Source: Alphaproteobacteria bacterium
Lineage (GTDB): Bacteria; Pseudomonadota; Alphaproteobacteria; SHVV01
Assembly: GCA_965261735.1 (NCBI GenBank)
Contig: OZ253470.1
Location: forward strand, 1,184,001-1,248,000
Length of the DNA stretch: 64,000 bases
Reading direction: 5' to 3'
How positions within the stretch are numbered: position 1 is the first letter of the stretch; each line of letters begins with the position of its first letter. The notes under the pieces are model-generated. The model was given only the letters and a program-made list of their open reading frames with translations, was not told where the DNA came from and searched no databases. A program made the position numbers and the translations under genes. This document shows, piece after piece, positions 24,850 to 34,720 of this stretch.

Positions 24850-25314
24850 GGCGAGGTTCACCTCGAGCCCTAGCGCCCTGGTAAAGTTGCCGTTTCCGTC
24901 CGCCAGCATCAGGATCTGGCCGCCGACGTGCTGATCTCCGGCCCAGGCACACATGACGAAGGCGTCGTTAACGGCAAGGCAGGCAATCGTGTCGATTCCC
25001 TTCGCCTTGATTGTCGCGGCACTGGCGACGAACCCGGGTAGATGCTGCGCCGAACAGATCGGTGTGAAGGCTCCCGGAACCGAAAACAGTACCACTCTCT
25101 TGCCACCGAAGAGGTCGCCCGTGGAGATCGCCTGCGGCCCCTCGTCGGTCATCGTCATCAGGCTCGCCGCGGGGATCCTTTCACCAATGAGTATGGTCTT
25201 GCGAAGGCCGATCTCGTTCATCTGGGTGGTGAAGATGTTGTCGAATTGCTCCTTGCTGGCCTTGAACAATTCATCGAGTGATGCCGACCCTACGGCGCGA
25301 TTCTGCTCGGTCAT
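24850..25314 (-). pseudogene. Prx5-type peroxiredoxin with a 37-aa N-terminal leader; C-terminus deleted at the IS1595 junction
   Basis: VVLFSVPGAFTPICSAQHLPGF, CLAVNDAFVM.AW, MLADGNG.FT; ATG 7 nt after the upstream stop. Confidence 0.88.
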
Positions 25315-25321
25315 CGCGGCA

Positions 25322-25849
25322 TCACAGCAGCTCGACGCATCGCGCCAACGCCCGCTCCACGGCGCGATGGAATGCCGCTTCCTCTGGATCCACGGTGGAC
25401 CTGCCGCGGGACATCTCTTCAGGCTGAATTGCGAAGGCCACACCGTCCGCGCTTCCCGTGATCTCGTGTCCATCGCCGGACGAATTGATGTGGGCCCTAC
25501 CGAACTGCGACTTGCTGATGTTTTGATCCGCCAGGATCAGTTTGCACAGAACGATGAACTCATCGCCATCGCGGCGGCGATCCGCCACCTCGTAGCGCCA
25601 CCCGTCGCCATAGCGGTCATCGAGGAAGCGCACCGTTTCCGACGATCCCACCGCGGCCGCCGAGTCGGGTTCGGTTGTCTGGGCCACGGGCCGTGCCGTA
25701 TACGGCCCATCGCCCAGCGAATTGCCCTGACGCCCTGTGCCGGCAAGGCTTGATCCTCGGCCGGCATAGAGTTCCTCGAGCCGTTCGCGATTGCGGCCCA
25801 GCATTTCGTCAAATGCCGACGAGTAGCCGGGCCGGCGGTTGGAGACCAT
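25322..25849 (-). CDS. Hypothetical 175-aa protein: amphipathic leader, linker, Rad52/Rad22-like domain
   Basis: Tightly packed between the amidase and prx genes; homologous to the N-terminal extension of the 32334 protein (LDDRYGDGW...VLCKL...SKSQFG.A.IN...RALARC). Confidence 0.8.
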   Translation of the reverse strand: MVSNRRPGYSSAFDEMLGRNRERLEELYAGRGSSLAGTGRQGNSLGDGPYTARPVAQTTEPDSAAAVGSSETVRFLDDRYGDGWRYEVADRRRDGDEFIVLCKLILADQNISKSQFGRAHINSSGDGHEITGSADGVAFAIQPEEMSRGRSTVDPEEAAFHRAVERALARCVELL

Positions 25850-25860
25850 ATGTTCTTGCC

Positions 25861-26571
25861 TCAGGTTTGGGCGCTGGGCTCGCCGCTCCACCAACGTTGG
25901 AAATCGTGCCGGGCCGTGGCCGCATAGCCGCTCGTGCCGGCCGCCCTCAGGTGCGCCATCACCTCCTCGCTTGAGACAACGTCGCCGTACTTGGCGTCGA
26001 TGTCGAACAGGTTGGCCTCGTGCGGCTCCTCGGCCCGATCGCCGACGCCATCGCGCACCACGATCGTGTGGTAGCCGCACTGCATCGAGTCGATCGCCGA
26101 CGCACGGATGCAGCCACTTGTCGTGCACCCGGTCATAACGATGGTATCGACACCGCGCGACTTCAGGTAGGCATCCACATCGGTGCCAAAAAAGGCGCTG
26201 GCGAACTTCTTTTCCACCACATACTCGCCGTTGTCGGGGGCGATGCGCTCGTCCACCTCGACCATCGGGGAGCCCCTGCGTAGGATGGCCAGCGCAGGCA
26301 CTTTCTTGATGAACATACCCGCGTCCCGAAAGTGCGCCTCATAGGCGATCGTGGTGTACACGATAGGCAGACCGCCGCGCCGGAACGCGGCCAATAGCTC
26401 GTTCGTGACCGCCAACTGATTGGAGAAATCACCACCCAAGGGCGTCGTCGGATCGGTGAACCCCCTGATGAAATCGACGATCAGAAGGGCGGGCTTGGTA
26501 CCATACCCGGCGCGGCCGGCGAAGCCTTTGTGCCGGTACTCCTCAAACGTCTGCTCTTGCCAGTCGTTCAT
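25861..26571 (-). CDS. Isochorismatase-family cysteine hydrolase (N-carbamoylsarcosine/maleamate amidase-like)
   Basis: PALLIVDF, KKFASAFFGT, GCTTSGCIRAS, ANLFDIDAKYGDV; GGAGG RBS. Confidence 0.9.
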   Translation of the reverse strand: MNDWQEQTFEEYRHKGFAGRAGYGTKPALLIVDFIRGFTDPTTPLGGDFSNQLAVTNELLAAFRRGGLPIVYTTIAYEAHFRDAGMFIKKVPALAILRRGSPMVEVDERIAPDNGEYVVEKKFASAFFGTDVDAYLKSRGVDTIVMTGCTTSGCIRASAIDSMQCGYHTIVVRDGVGDRAEEPHEANLFDIDAKYGDVVSSEEVMAHLRAAGTSGYAATARHDFQRWWSGEPSAQT

Positions 26572-26850
26572 TTTGCACCTCCGCAAGAGACCTGAGCCCG
26601 CGACCGCCAGCCCGGCCATCGCAGCGTCGCTCGGCCTCGCTGCCGCCTCGATTTAACACCTCTTGAGGACTTCGATCAACGCGAGCAGAACCGCGGCGAA
26701 CTGGCTTGATCTCCGCCGGTTAGCCCATTATCAACAAAAGGGCAAGGGAGCCCTTCGATTCTGTGGACATCCGGGCCGCGCGATCGGCGGGAGAGACGAT
26801 CGCCGGAGTGAGTGTCTCAAGATCAACGCCAATTCGTGGGAGAGCGACCG

Positions 26851-27924
26851 ATGAGCGATGATTCCACCCCCGATCCCGCCCTAGATCCCGACCGGCAGCG
26901 GCCTCGCGCGGAGGTGCTAGCGGCAGGTGGGCCGCGCTACAGCCCGCGGCCACTGCTCACTCCCTCATCCCACAATTCACTGACCGATGCGCGGCGACTT
27001 AGGGGATCCGGCACGGAAGGCCGCAAGGACATCCTGTGTGCCTTCGGCGTCGACGTAGACGCCGTCGCCGGGTGGCTCGGCTCCTATGGCGGGGAGAACT
27101 CGCCGTGCGACATCTCGCGCGGACTGTTCGCGGGCGAGGTGGGCGTTCCGCGGCTGGTTAAGCTGTTCGACCAGCTCGGCATCAAAACCACGTGGTTTAT
27201 CCCGGGCCACTCGATCGAGACCTTTCCGCAACAAACCAAGCTGGTGGTCGATGCGGGTCACGAAATCGGCATACACGGCTACTCCCACGAAAACCCGATC
27301 GCCATGACGCCGGACCAGGAGGAGGCGGTGCTGGATAAATGCATCGACCTCATCCGCGGCGTCTCCGGGCGCAGCCCTACCGGTTACGTCGCACCCTGGT
27401 GGGAGTTCAGTCCGGTCAGCAACGAATTGCTGTTGAAAAAAGCGATCAAGTACGACCACAGCCTCATGAACGACGACTTTCACCCGTTCTACGTTCGGGT
27501 CGGCGACAGCTGGACTCCAATCGACTACGCCAAGCATCCGCGCGAGTGGATGAAGCCATTGGTACGCGGCGAGGAGACCGATCTGATCGACATCCCGGCG
27601 AGCTGGTACCTCGACGACCTGCCGCCAATGATGTTCATCAAGAGCGCCCCCAACAGCTTCGGCTTTGTCAATCCGCGCGACATCGAGCAGCTTTGGCGCG
27701 ACCAGTTCGACTGGGTGTATCGTGAGAACGACTACGCCGTGTTCACCATGACCATCCACCCCGACGTTTCGGGACGGCCGCAGGTGCTGCTCATGCTCGA
27801 GCGGCTCTACAATCACTTCATCAGCCACCCCGGCGTGCGCTTCTGCACCTTCGACGAAATCGCTGACGACTTCAAACGGCGCTCCCCACGCGATACCGGG
27901 GCGGGCGCAAAGGCCGCCGAGTAG
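26851..27924 (+). CDS. CE4 polysaccharide-deacetylase-family protein (PgdA/PuuE-like) with N-terminal extension
   Basis: [47 protein letters not shown]. Confidence 0.9.
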   Translation: MSDDSTPDPALDPDRQRPRAEVLAAGGPRYSPRPLLTPSSHNSLTDARRLRGSGTEGRKDILCAFGVDVDAVAGWLGSYGGENSPCDISRGLFAGEVGVPRLVKLFDQLGIKTTWFIPGHSIETFPQQTKLVVDAGHEIGIHGYSHENPIAMTPDQEEAVLDKCIDLIRGVSGRSPTGYVAPWWEFSPVSNELLLKKAIKYDHSLMNDDFHPFYVRVGDSWTPIDYAKHPREWMKPLVRGEETDLIDIPASWYLDDLPPMMFIKSAPNSFGFVNPRDIEQLWRDQFDWVYRENDYAVFTMTIHPDVSGRPQVLLMLERLYNHFISHPGVRFCTFDEIADDFKRRSPRDTGAGAKAAE

Positions 27925-27954
27925 CGGCGCGCCAAAACAGGAGGCGAGACGGAA

Positions 27955-28284
27955 ATGTGCAGCTTGTGCGGGGTGCTCGCAGGCCGGGGGCATTGGACGG
28001 AGTCTTCGAGCCATCCTGAGGCGTTCGCGGACGGCGCGCCAGCGACCCGGCGGGCGGAGCGCCAACGGCGCGCGCGCCTCGCCAGCACGATTCTCAAGTT
28101 TTACGGGCTGACGCTCCGAGATTGGGAGGGCACGTCCTATATATTGCAGGGCGGCACCGGCCGGACCCTTTTGATCGAGAATCTGACTGACCTGTGGGCC
28201 GCCGCCGACCGTATGAGCGGAAGGACCTGCGACCCGCTGGACGCCTCCCTACTGGCCGCGCTAACCGGGGCGGAACATCCATGA
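27955..28284 (+). CDS. Small hypothetical protein with N-terminal CxxC
   Basis: MCSLCGVL..GHW, LTLRDWEG, GRTCDPL; AGGAGG RBS; in operon with cobW. Confidence 0.8.
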   Translation: MCSLCGVLAGRGHWTESSSHPEAFADGAPATRRAERQRRARLASTILKFYGLTLRDWEGTSYILQGGTGRTLLIENLTDLWAAADRMSGRTCDPLDASLLAALTGAEHP

Positions 28285-28297
28285 CTGGCGCTCACCG

Positions 28298-29392
28298 ATG
28301 ACGGACTACGCTTCCCTCCTGCCGATCAATGTCATAACCGGGTTTCTCGGCAGCGGCAAAACCACCCTGCTGCGGGATTTGTTGCGATCGCCGCACCTAC
28401 GCGACACCGCGGTGCTGATCAACGAGTTCGGCGAAGTAGGACTGGATCATCATCTGTTCCGCCACGTCTCCGAGAGCACGGTGCTGCTCGAGAACGGCTG
28501 CCTCTGTTGCGCCGTACGCGGCGATCTCAAGTTGGCCCTGCACGATCTGCTGTCGAAGCGCGACAAAGGAGAGCTGCCCCCCTTCCGGCGCGTCGCGATT
28601 GAGACCTCCGGCCTCGCCGACCCCGTGCCCATCGCCTACACAATCCTGGCCGAACCGGTCCTGCAACACCACTTCCGCCTCGGCAACGTGGTGACCACGA
28701 TTGACGCGGTGAACGGGGCGGGTCAACTGGATCAGTTCGAGGAATCGGTGAAACAGGTCTCCGTCGCCGATCGCTTGGTGTTGACCAAGACGGACCTCTG
28801 CGGTGCGCCGGAGGTTGCGGTGCTTCGCGATATTTTGAGCCGCCTCAACAAGTCGGCGCCGGTGTTCGAGTCGGTCGCGGAGGGGATCGATCCCGAGCAT
28901 CTGCTGGCGCAGGATATTTACAATCCGGGCGACTACCGGGAAGCAAGCCGATGGCTCGTCGACCGTAGCGAACACCCGGTAAGTGCGGAATGCGAGATTC
29001 TCCACCACCACCACGACCCGGGCATCTTCTCCTTTTGCCTGTGTTTCGATCAGCCCATGGATTGGACTGCCTTTGGCGTCTGGATGACGATGCTCCTCAA
29101 CCGCCATGGCGAAAAAGTGCTCCGCATCAAGGGCATGCTCAACGTTGCCGGCCAAGCCGCTCCCGTGCTTATCAACGGGGTGCAGCACATCGTGCATCCA
29201 CCAGCCCATCTCGACGACTGGCCCGACGCGGATCATCGCTCGCGCATCGTGTTCATCGTTCGTGACATGTCGCGCCGGCGCATCGAGGCTTCTCTGGCGG
29301 CCTTCAACGACCTCGCCAATCCGCGCGCCACCATGGACGCCGAAAACCGACCCGGGCCGACCACGGCCCTCGACTCTGCCAGCGTCGGTTAA
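28298..29392 (+). CDS. CobW/COG0523-family metallochaperone GTPase
   Basis: TGFLGSGKTT, INEFGEVGLD, GCLCC, ETSGLADP, HHHH, LRIKG. Confidence 0.93.
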   Translation: MTDYASLLPINVITGFLGSGKTTLLRDLLRSPHLRDTAVLINEFGEVGLDHHLFRHVSESTVLLENGCLCCAVRGDLKLALHDLLSKRDKGELPPFRRVAIETSGLADPVPIAYTILAEPVLQHHFRLGNVVTTIDAVNGAGQLDQFEESVKQVSVADRLVLTKTDLCGAPEVAVLRDILSRLNKSAPVFESVAEGIDPEHLLAQDIYNPGDYREASRWLVDRSEHPVSAECEILHHHHDPGIFSFCLCFDQPMDWTAFGVWMTMLLNRHGEKVLRIKGMLNVAGQAAPVLINGVQHIVHPPAHLDDWPDADHRSRIVFIVRDMSRRRIEASLAAFNDLANPRATMDAENRPGPTTALDSASVG

Positions 29393-29916
29393 GGGGCCGA
29401 GTCGGACGAAGACACCCGCGGTGGTGGCCGGCGCGGACGCCAGCCGATCCTGAAAGCGCGCACCGCGTGGTGGAGCAGGAAAAACGCTATCGCGAGAATC
29501 ACCAGCAAGATGATGGCGAGGAGCTTGCCGCCAAACCCCGCATCGATGATCGGACCACGGCTCATCAAGTGCTCGCTCAGCATCTCGACGGCTTGCAGAG
29601 TGGCGCCGCCAAAAAAGATCAAGGCTATGAGAATGGCTATCTGTAGGGTATCGAAGACGAGCCCTTCGACCTCAAGATCAGTGGCGGCCCGGAAGATGTT
29701 TCTGCGGAAGGATTGCCAATGGGAGACCGCGTAGCCGATCACCCCGACGAGCGACGCGAACCAGAATATGACGTTGGAAAAATGGATGCGCGGAATACTT
29801 TGGGTCAAGTAATCTTCGAACGGCCGATAAAAATAGAGGAAGATCAACAGTATGACGAGACCAACCAGGATGATCCAAAACCTCGGCCGCTGCCAACTGG
29901 TGCTGTCCTGTGCCAT
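29389..29916 (-). CDS. Hypothetical 4-TM membrane protein (paralog of 43637-44104)
   Basis: Four hydrophobic helices and motifs shared with the paralog; start chosen at MAQDST. Confidence 0.8.
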   Translation of the reverse strand: MAQDSTSWQRPRFWIILVGLVILLIFLYFYRPFEDYLTQSIPRIHFSNVIFWFASLVGVIGYAVSHWQSFRRNIFRAATDLEVEGLVFDTLQIAILIALIFFGGATLQAVEMLSEHLMSRGPIIDAGFGGKLLAIILLVILAIAFFLLHHAVRAFRIGWRPRRPPPRVSSSDSAP

Positions 29917-30261
29917 GATGAGCGGGGCCGCTCCGTCCCGGGGGTTCCAGTAGCTGCTTATCGTCTCGGCGCACCTCGGGCAAGCCAAAAAACGGCTCTC
30001 GCCAACCTCGACCTCAATGCACTGCGGTGAATCCGTTCTCACGGAGCCCGCGCGGACCGAACGCTGGTGTGGCTACGGCGGAGCCGGCGGCGGCATCGAC
30101 CCGCAACCTCGGGCTTAGCTTAGGCGCCGGCTTGACTCAGCCTTTCAGCTACCCAAAGAATGGGAGTTGGGCGGAAGGATGGGCGTAGTCCGAGGGAACG
30201 GGGACGGCATCTCGGTCGATTCCCGGCGCTGCCGCGTGAATTTTGGTAACAAGGAAAGGCC

Positions 30262-32325
30262 ATGAGCAGCCGCCTCGGCATTGATGTGGGTGGGACTTTC
30301 ACCGATCTCTTGCTGTTCAACGAGAGTAGCGGCGAAATCCACCTGCTCAAGACGCCGTCCACGCCCGAAGACCAGTCGGTCGGCATTCTCAACGGCGTCG
30401 AGCGGCTGATCGCCCAATCGGGCATACCCGCGGCCGAGATTCAGACGGCACTCCACGGCACCACGGTATCGACAAACATCGTGCTCGAGGAAAAAGGCGC
30501 CAAAGTCGGCCTGCTGGTCACGGAAAACTTCGAGCAGGTGCTGCATTTGGCGCGGTCGCAGACGCCGGGGCCGCTGGCCGGTTGGATCATCATGATCAAG
30601 CCGGATCCGCTCGCGGATCTGGAGTTGACCCGTGGTGTCCCGGAACGCATCAACGCGCGCGGCGAAATCCTCAAGCCGCTCGATGAAGCCTACGTGCGCA
30701 CCGCCATACCGGACCTCATAGAGGCAGGCGTGGAATCGATTACGGTATCATTACTCCATTCCTACGCCAACGCCGCGCACGAGGTACGGATCAAGGAGAT
30801 CATCCAGGACCTGGGAATCGAGGTGCCGGTTTCGCTGTCCAGCGAAATTCTCCCGGAGTTTCGTGAATACGAGCGGACTCTGGTCACGGTGATGAACGCC
30901 TACGTGCGGCCCAGCATGCGCAGCTATCTGAGGAACTTCGAGGACAAGTTGCGCAGCATCCAGTTTTCGCCCCATGTGAACATCGTGCGCTCCGATGGCG
31001 GACTGATGAGCGTGGAGCGCGCCTCCGAGTCCCCCGTCTACACGATGTTGTCCGGGCCGGCGGGCGGGGTTTCGGGTGCCGCTTTTCTCGCCGCGCTGGC
31101 CGGGAGCCCCAATGCTCTCGGTTTCGACATGGGTGGCACCTCGACCGACGTTTCGCTGATCCAAGATGGCCAACCGATGATCTCGCGCCAGACCTCGCTC
31201 GGCTATTACCCACTGAAGGTGCCCTCCGTCGAGGTACACAGCGTCGGCGCAGGTGGCGGCTCCATCGCCCATGTGCCGATGACCGGCGCTCTGCGCGTCG
31301 GTCCCGAGAGCGCGGGCGCCGCGCCTGGCCCCGCCTGCTACGGTAGGGGCGGCGACCAGCCCACGGTGACGGACGCCAACGTGGTGCTCGGGCGCTTGCC
31401 GCCGAGCCTGCTCGGCGGCGACATGGCGCTGGACGTCAAGGCGGCCGAGGAAGCGGTGGCGAAGATCGGGCGCGCCCTTGGTCTCGACACCTACCAGGCG
31501 GCTCAGGGGATTCTCGATATCGTCAACGAGAACATGTTCGGGGCGCTGCGACTGGTATCGGTGCAGAAGGGTCTCGATCCGCGGGACTTCGCGCTCGTCG
31601 CCTTTGGCGGGGCGGGCCCCCTTCACGGCAATGCCATGGGCGCGCTCGCGCAGTGCTACCCGGTGATCATCCCCCCGACCCCTGGAGTGCTCTCGGCCCT
31701 AGGGTTTCTCTACTCGGACGTAAAGAACGAGTTCGCCAAGACGTTTATCCGCAATCTCAACGAAGTGCATGCCGGCGATGTGACGGAAATCTTGACGCGG
31801 CTAGGCACTGAGGCGACAGCGTGGCTGCGCGAGGAAGGCATCGAGGAGCGAAGCCAGGAGCTGCGCTTCGAGGCCGACGTGCGGTATTTTCGCCAGGGCT
31901 ACGAGATCTCCCTTACCGTGACCCCCAGCACGTTGGTCAATGGCGGAATCCAGGATATTGAGAATCGTTTCGGCGCCATCCACGAACGGCTGTATGGTTT
32001 CAAGTTGGATGCGCCGGTCGAGCTCGTGAACCTGCGCGCCGTCGGTACCGGCCGGGTGGTGAAGATCAAGTTCCCGAGCTTCGAGAAGCAAGGCAGCGAT
32101 CCCTCCCCCGCCATGGTGGATCAACACCGGGTCTACTTCGACGGCAACTTTGTGTCGGCCAACGTTTACGATCGCAACCTGCTCGCCGCGGGCAACCGCA
32201 TCTCGGGCCCAGCGGTGGTCACACAAACGGATTCGACCACCCTCATCCACCCCGCGCACAGCGGAGAGGTGGACGCGTATCTGAACATCTTGATTTATCC
32301 GCAGGGCGCGAGTCCTTCGGCATGA
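30262..32325 (+). CDS. Hydantoinase/oxoprolinase A subunit (ATP-binding), copy 1
   Basis: GIDVGGTFTD, HGTT, SGPAGG, DMGGTSTD, GAGGGSIA, PTVTDAN, AFGGAGPLH. Confidence 0.93.
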   Translation: MSSRLGIDVGGTFTDLLLFNESSGEIHLLKTPSTPEDQSVGILNGVERLIAQSGIPAAEIQTALHGTTVSTNIVLEEKGAKVGLLVTENFEQVLHLARSQTPGPLAGWIIMIKPDPLADLELTRGVPERINARGEILKPLDEAYVRTAIPDLIEAGVESITVSLLHSYANAAHEVRIKEIIQDLGIEVPVSLSSEILPEFREYERTLVTVMNAYVRPSMRSYLRNFEDKLRSIQFSPHVNIVRSDGGLMSVERASESPVYTMLSGPAGGVSGAAFLAALAGSPNALGFDMGGTSTDVSLIQDGQPMISRQTSLGYYPLKVPSVEVHSVGAGGGSIAHVPMTGALRVGPESAGAAPGPACYGRGGDQPTVTDANVVLGRLPPSLLGGDMALDVKAAEEAVAKIGRALGLDTYQAAQGILDIVNENMFGALRLVSVQKGLDPRDFALVAFGGAGPLHGNAMGALAQCYPVIIPPTPGVLSALGFLYSDVKNEFAKTFIRNLNEVHAGDVTEILTRLGTEATAWLREEGIEERSQELRFEADVRYFRQGYEISLTVTPSTLVNGGIQDIENRFGAIHERLYGFKLDAPVELVNLRAVGTGRVVKIKFPSFEKQGSDPSPAMVDQHRVYFDGNFVSANVYDRNLLAAGNRISGPAVVTQTDSTTLIHPAHSGEVDAYLNILIYPQGASPSA

Positions 32326-32333
32326 GGTGAACC

Positions 32334-34625
32334 ATGACTGACCTGAACCCGCCGCGCAGATCGGTCTCGCTGGACGACTTGCTGAAGGCCAACAAGGCGC
32401 AGTTCGACAGTGTCTTCGCGGCCCAGATGAGGGACACGGGCCTGGTGAGCGTGACCCATCGGCCGGCCACGGCAGAGGATCTTGTCTCGGCTAGCCTAGG
32501 GGTCCGGGCGGTCGTCGACGGCGACGATAGTACGGCACTCCTCGACGGGCGGTTTGGCGAGGGTTGGTCATCCGAGGTCGTCGAACACAAGACCGAAGGC
32601 GGCTCGGTCACGGTGCTGTGCAAGCTCGTGGTGGACGGGGTTTCAAAAATGCAGTTCGGTGCGGCACGGATCAACGGCGATCAGGGTGCCGCTCTGCAAA
32701 GGGCGACCGACGAGGCGCTCAAGAAGTGTGCGGCCCTGTTCGGGCCGCGAGAGGGGCTGCCGGAGGCAGAGGCCGGAGGCCCCGCCGCCCGACCGCAAGA
32801 GGCGCCGGCCGCGGGAGCCCAGCCCGATGCCGCCGTGCCCAGCCTCGCCGCCCCCACTAGCCGTGCGCTGGACACGATCACCCTGGATCTCATCGAAAAC
32901 GCGCTGCGCAACGCCCGGCACGAGATGGACGCCGTACTCTTCCGCTCCGCCATGTCACCCGTGATCCGCGAGCAACACGACGAGTTTCCCATGATCACCG
33001 ACCCCAAGGGGCGGATGATCGTCGGCCAGTTCGGCTCCTACGTCGCCGAGATGCTGCGCGAGCAGAACATGCAGGTTGATCCGGGCGACGTCATTCTCAA
33101 TAACGATCCCTTCAAATGCGGCGGCGCCATCAGCCATATCAACGATTGGCTCGTGCTCGTGCCGATCTTTCACGGCAACGAACTTGTCGGCTTCAGCTCC
33201 ATGTTCGGCCACATGATGGACGTCGGCGGCTGGGTGCCCGGCAGCATGCCGACCGCCGCCACGTCGATCTTCGGCGAGGGAATCCGCATCCCGCCGATCA
33301 AGATCTACGCGAAGGGCGAGATCAACAAGGCGGCGCTCGGCATCATCATGAACAACACGCGCACGCCCGAAATGAACTACAGCGACCTCATGGCTATCAT
33401 CGCCGGCTGCCGTGCCGGCGAGAAGCGGGTGATCCAGATCTGCGACCGCTTCGGTAAGGACACCTACATTCAGGCGTGTGAGGCCCTGCTTGAGCGTACC
33501 AACCGCGCGATGCGGCAGCTCATCGTTCAGAACCTGCCCAATGAGCCTCAGTCGTTCGAAGACTACGTAGATGATGACGGCTGCGGCAACGGCCCCTTCA
33601 AGATGAAACTGACCGTGTGGCGCGAGGGCGACGAGGCCTTCTTCGATTGGACGGGGACCTCAGATCAGGCGCCGGGTCCGATCAATTTCTTCCTCAACGA
33701 GGGCATGTTCAAGATGTTCATCGGGGTCTACATGATCATGGTGTTCGACCCCCAGATTCTCTTCAACGACGGATTCTACGACCTCATTCACGTGACCCTA
33801 CCCAAAGGGTCGCTCGTGCACCCGGAGTTCCCGGCAGCGCTGGGCTGCCGCACGCACGCCCTCGCCCGCCAGTTCGACGTCCTCGGCGGCGCGCTGAGTA
33901 AAAACGCGCCGGAAATGGCCACTGCCGCCGGCTATGGCTCAAGCCCTCACTTCCTGTACTCGGGCGTTGACGGCGATGGCCGCCCGTTCCAGCTCATGGA
34001 GATACTGTTTGGCGGGATTCCCGGCCGCCCGGTAGGCGACGGCATGGATGGCCACTCGTGGTGGCCGCTATTCGAGAATATTCCCACCGAATACCTCGAA
34101 ACCTACTATCCGATGATCATCGAAAACTACACCACGCTAGCCGACACCGGCGGCGCTGGGAGGCACCGCGGCGGCAACGGCGTCGAAAAGGTTTACTTGT
34201 TGTTGGAGAACGGCGAGATCTCCATCCACGATGACCGCCATCTCACCCAGCCGTGGGGGATTCTCGGAGGACAACCGGGCGCTTGCTCGGAAAAATGGCT
34301 GGAGAAAGAGGACGGGTCCAGGGAGCCGTTGCCCTCGAAGGTGGACAACGTAAGAGTGCGCGGGGGCGACAGGATCATCTTCCGCACCGCCGGCGGCGGC
34401 GGCTGGGGCGACCCATTGGAACGCGAGCCGGCAAAGGTGCGCGGCGACGTGGTGCGCGGTCTCTTGACCGTGGGCGCCGCCCAGGAACGGTACGGCGTGG
34501 TCATCGGCAGCGTCGGGCTCACCATTGACGACCGGGCGACCCAGGAGTTGCGCGAGAAGCTGAAAGGGAATCGAGGGACCCTCCCGGTGTTCGATTTTGG
34601 TGCGCAGCCATCGGGTCATGCATGA
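32334..34625 (+). CDS. Hydantoinase/oxoprolinase B subunit, copy 1, with ~178-aa N-terminal extension
   Basis: Catalytic part starts at LDTITLDLIENAL; NDPF...SHIND, GHMMDVGG..PGS, AGGGGWGDP; GAGGTG RBS. Confidence 0.93.
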   Translation: MTDLNPPRRSVSLDDLLKANKAQFDSVFAAQMRDTGLVSVTHRPATAEDLVSASLGVRAVVDGDDSTALLDGRFGEGWSSEVVEHKTEGGSVTVLCKLVVDGVSKMQFGAARINGDQGAALQRATDEALKKCAALFGPREGLPEAEAGGPAARPQEAPAAGAQPDAAVPSLAAPTSRALDTITLDLIENALRNARHEMDAVLFRSAMSPVIREQHDEFPMITDPKGRMIVGQFGSYVAEMLREQNMQVDPGDVILNNDPFKCGGAISHINDWLVLVPIFHGNELVGFSSMFGHMMDVGGWVPGSMPTAATSIFGEGIRIPPIKIYAKGEINKAALGIIMNNTRTPEMNYSDLMAIIAGCRAGEKRVIQICDRFGKDTYIQACEALLERTNRAMRQLIVQNLPNEPQSFEDYVDDDGCGNGPFKMKLTVWREGDEAFFDWTGTSDQAPGPINFFLNEGMFKMFIGVYMIMVFDPQILFNDGFYDLIHVTLPKGSLVHPEFPAALGCRTHALARQFDVLGGALSKNAPEMATAAGYGSSPHFLYSGVDGDGRPFQLMEILFGGIPGRPVGDGMDGHSWWPLFENIPTEYLETYYPMIIENYTTLADTGGAGRHRGGNGVEKVYLLLENGEISIHDDRHLTQPWGILGGQPGACSEKWLEKEDGSREPLPSKVDNVRVRGGDRIIFRTAGGGGWGDPLEREPAKVRGDVVRGLLTVGAAQERYGVVIGSVGLTIDDRATQELREKLKGNRGTLPVFDFGAQPSGHA

Positions 34626-34720
34626 GGCCGGCGCAAGGAACCATGCGTTAGACGGATAGGCGGCTACCTATTCCATCCCTGGAGGCAACGCCGACCCATC
34701 GCAACAGCGGGGGCTATACG

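Noticed and set aside
25322-25849. Phage-type Sak/Rad52 recombinase or prophage remnant
   Set aside because: No phage genes nearby; the domain lacks the usual upstream DNA-binding segment and is closest to the HyuB-fused copies in the same cluster.
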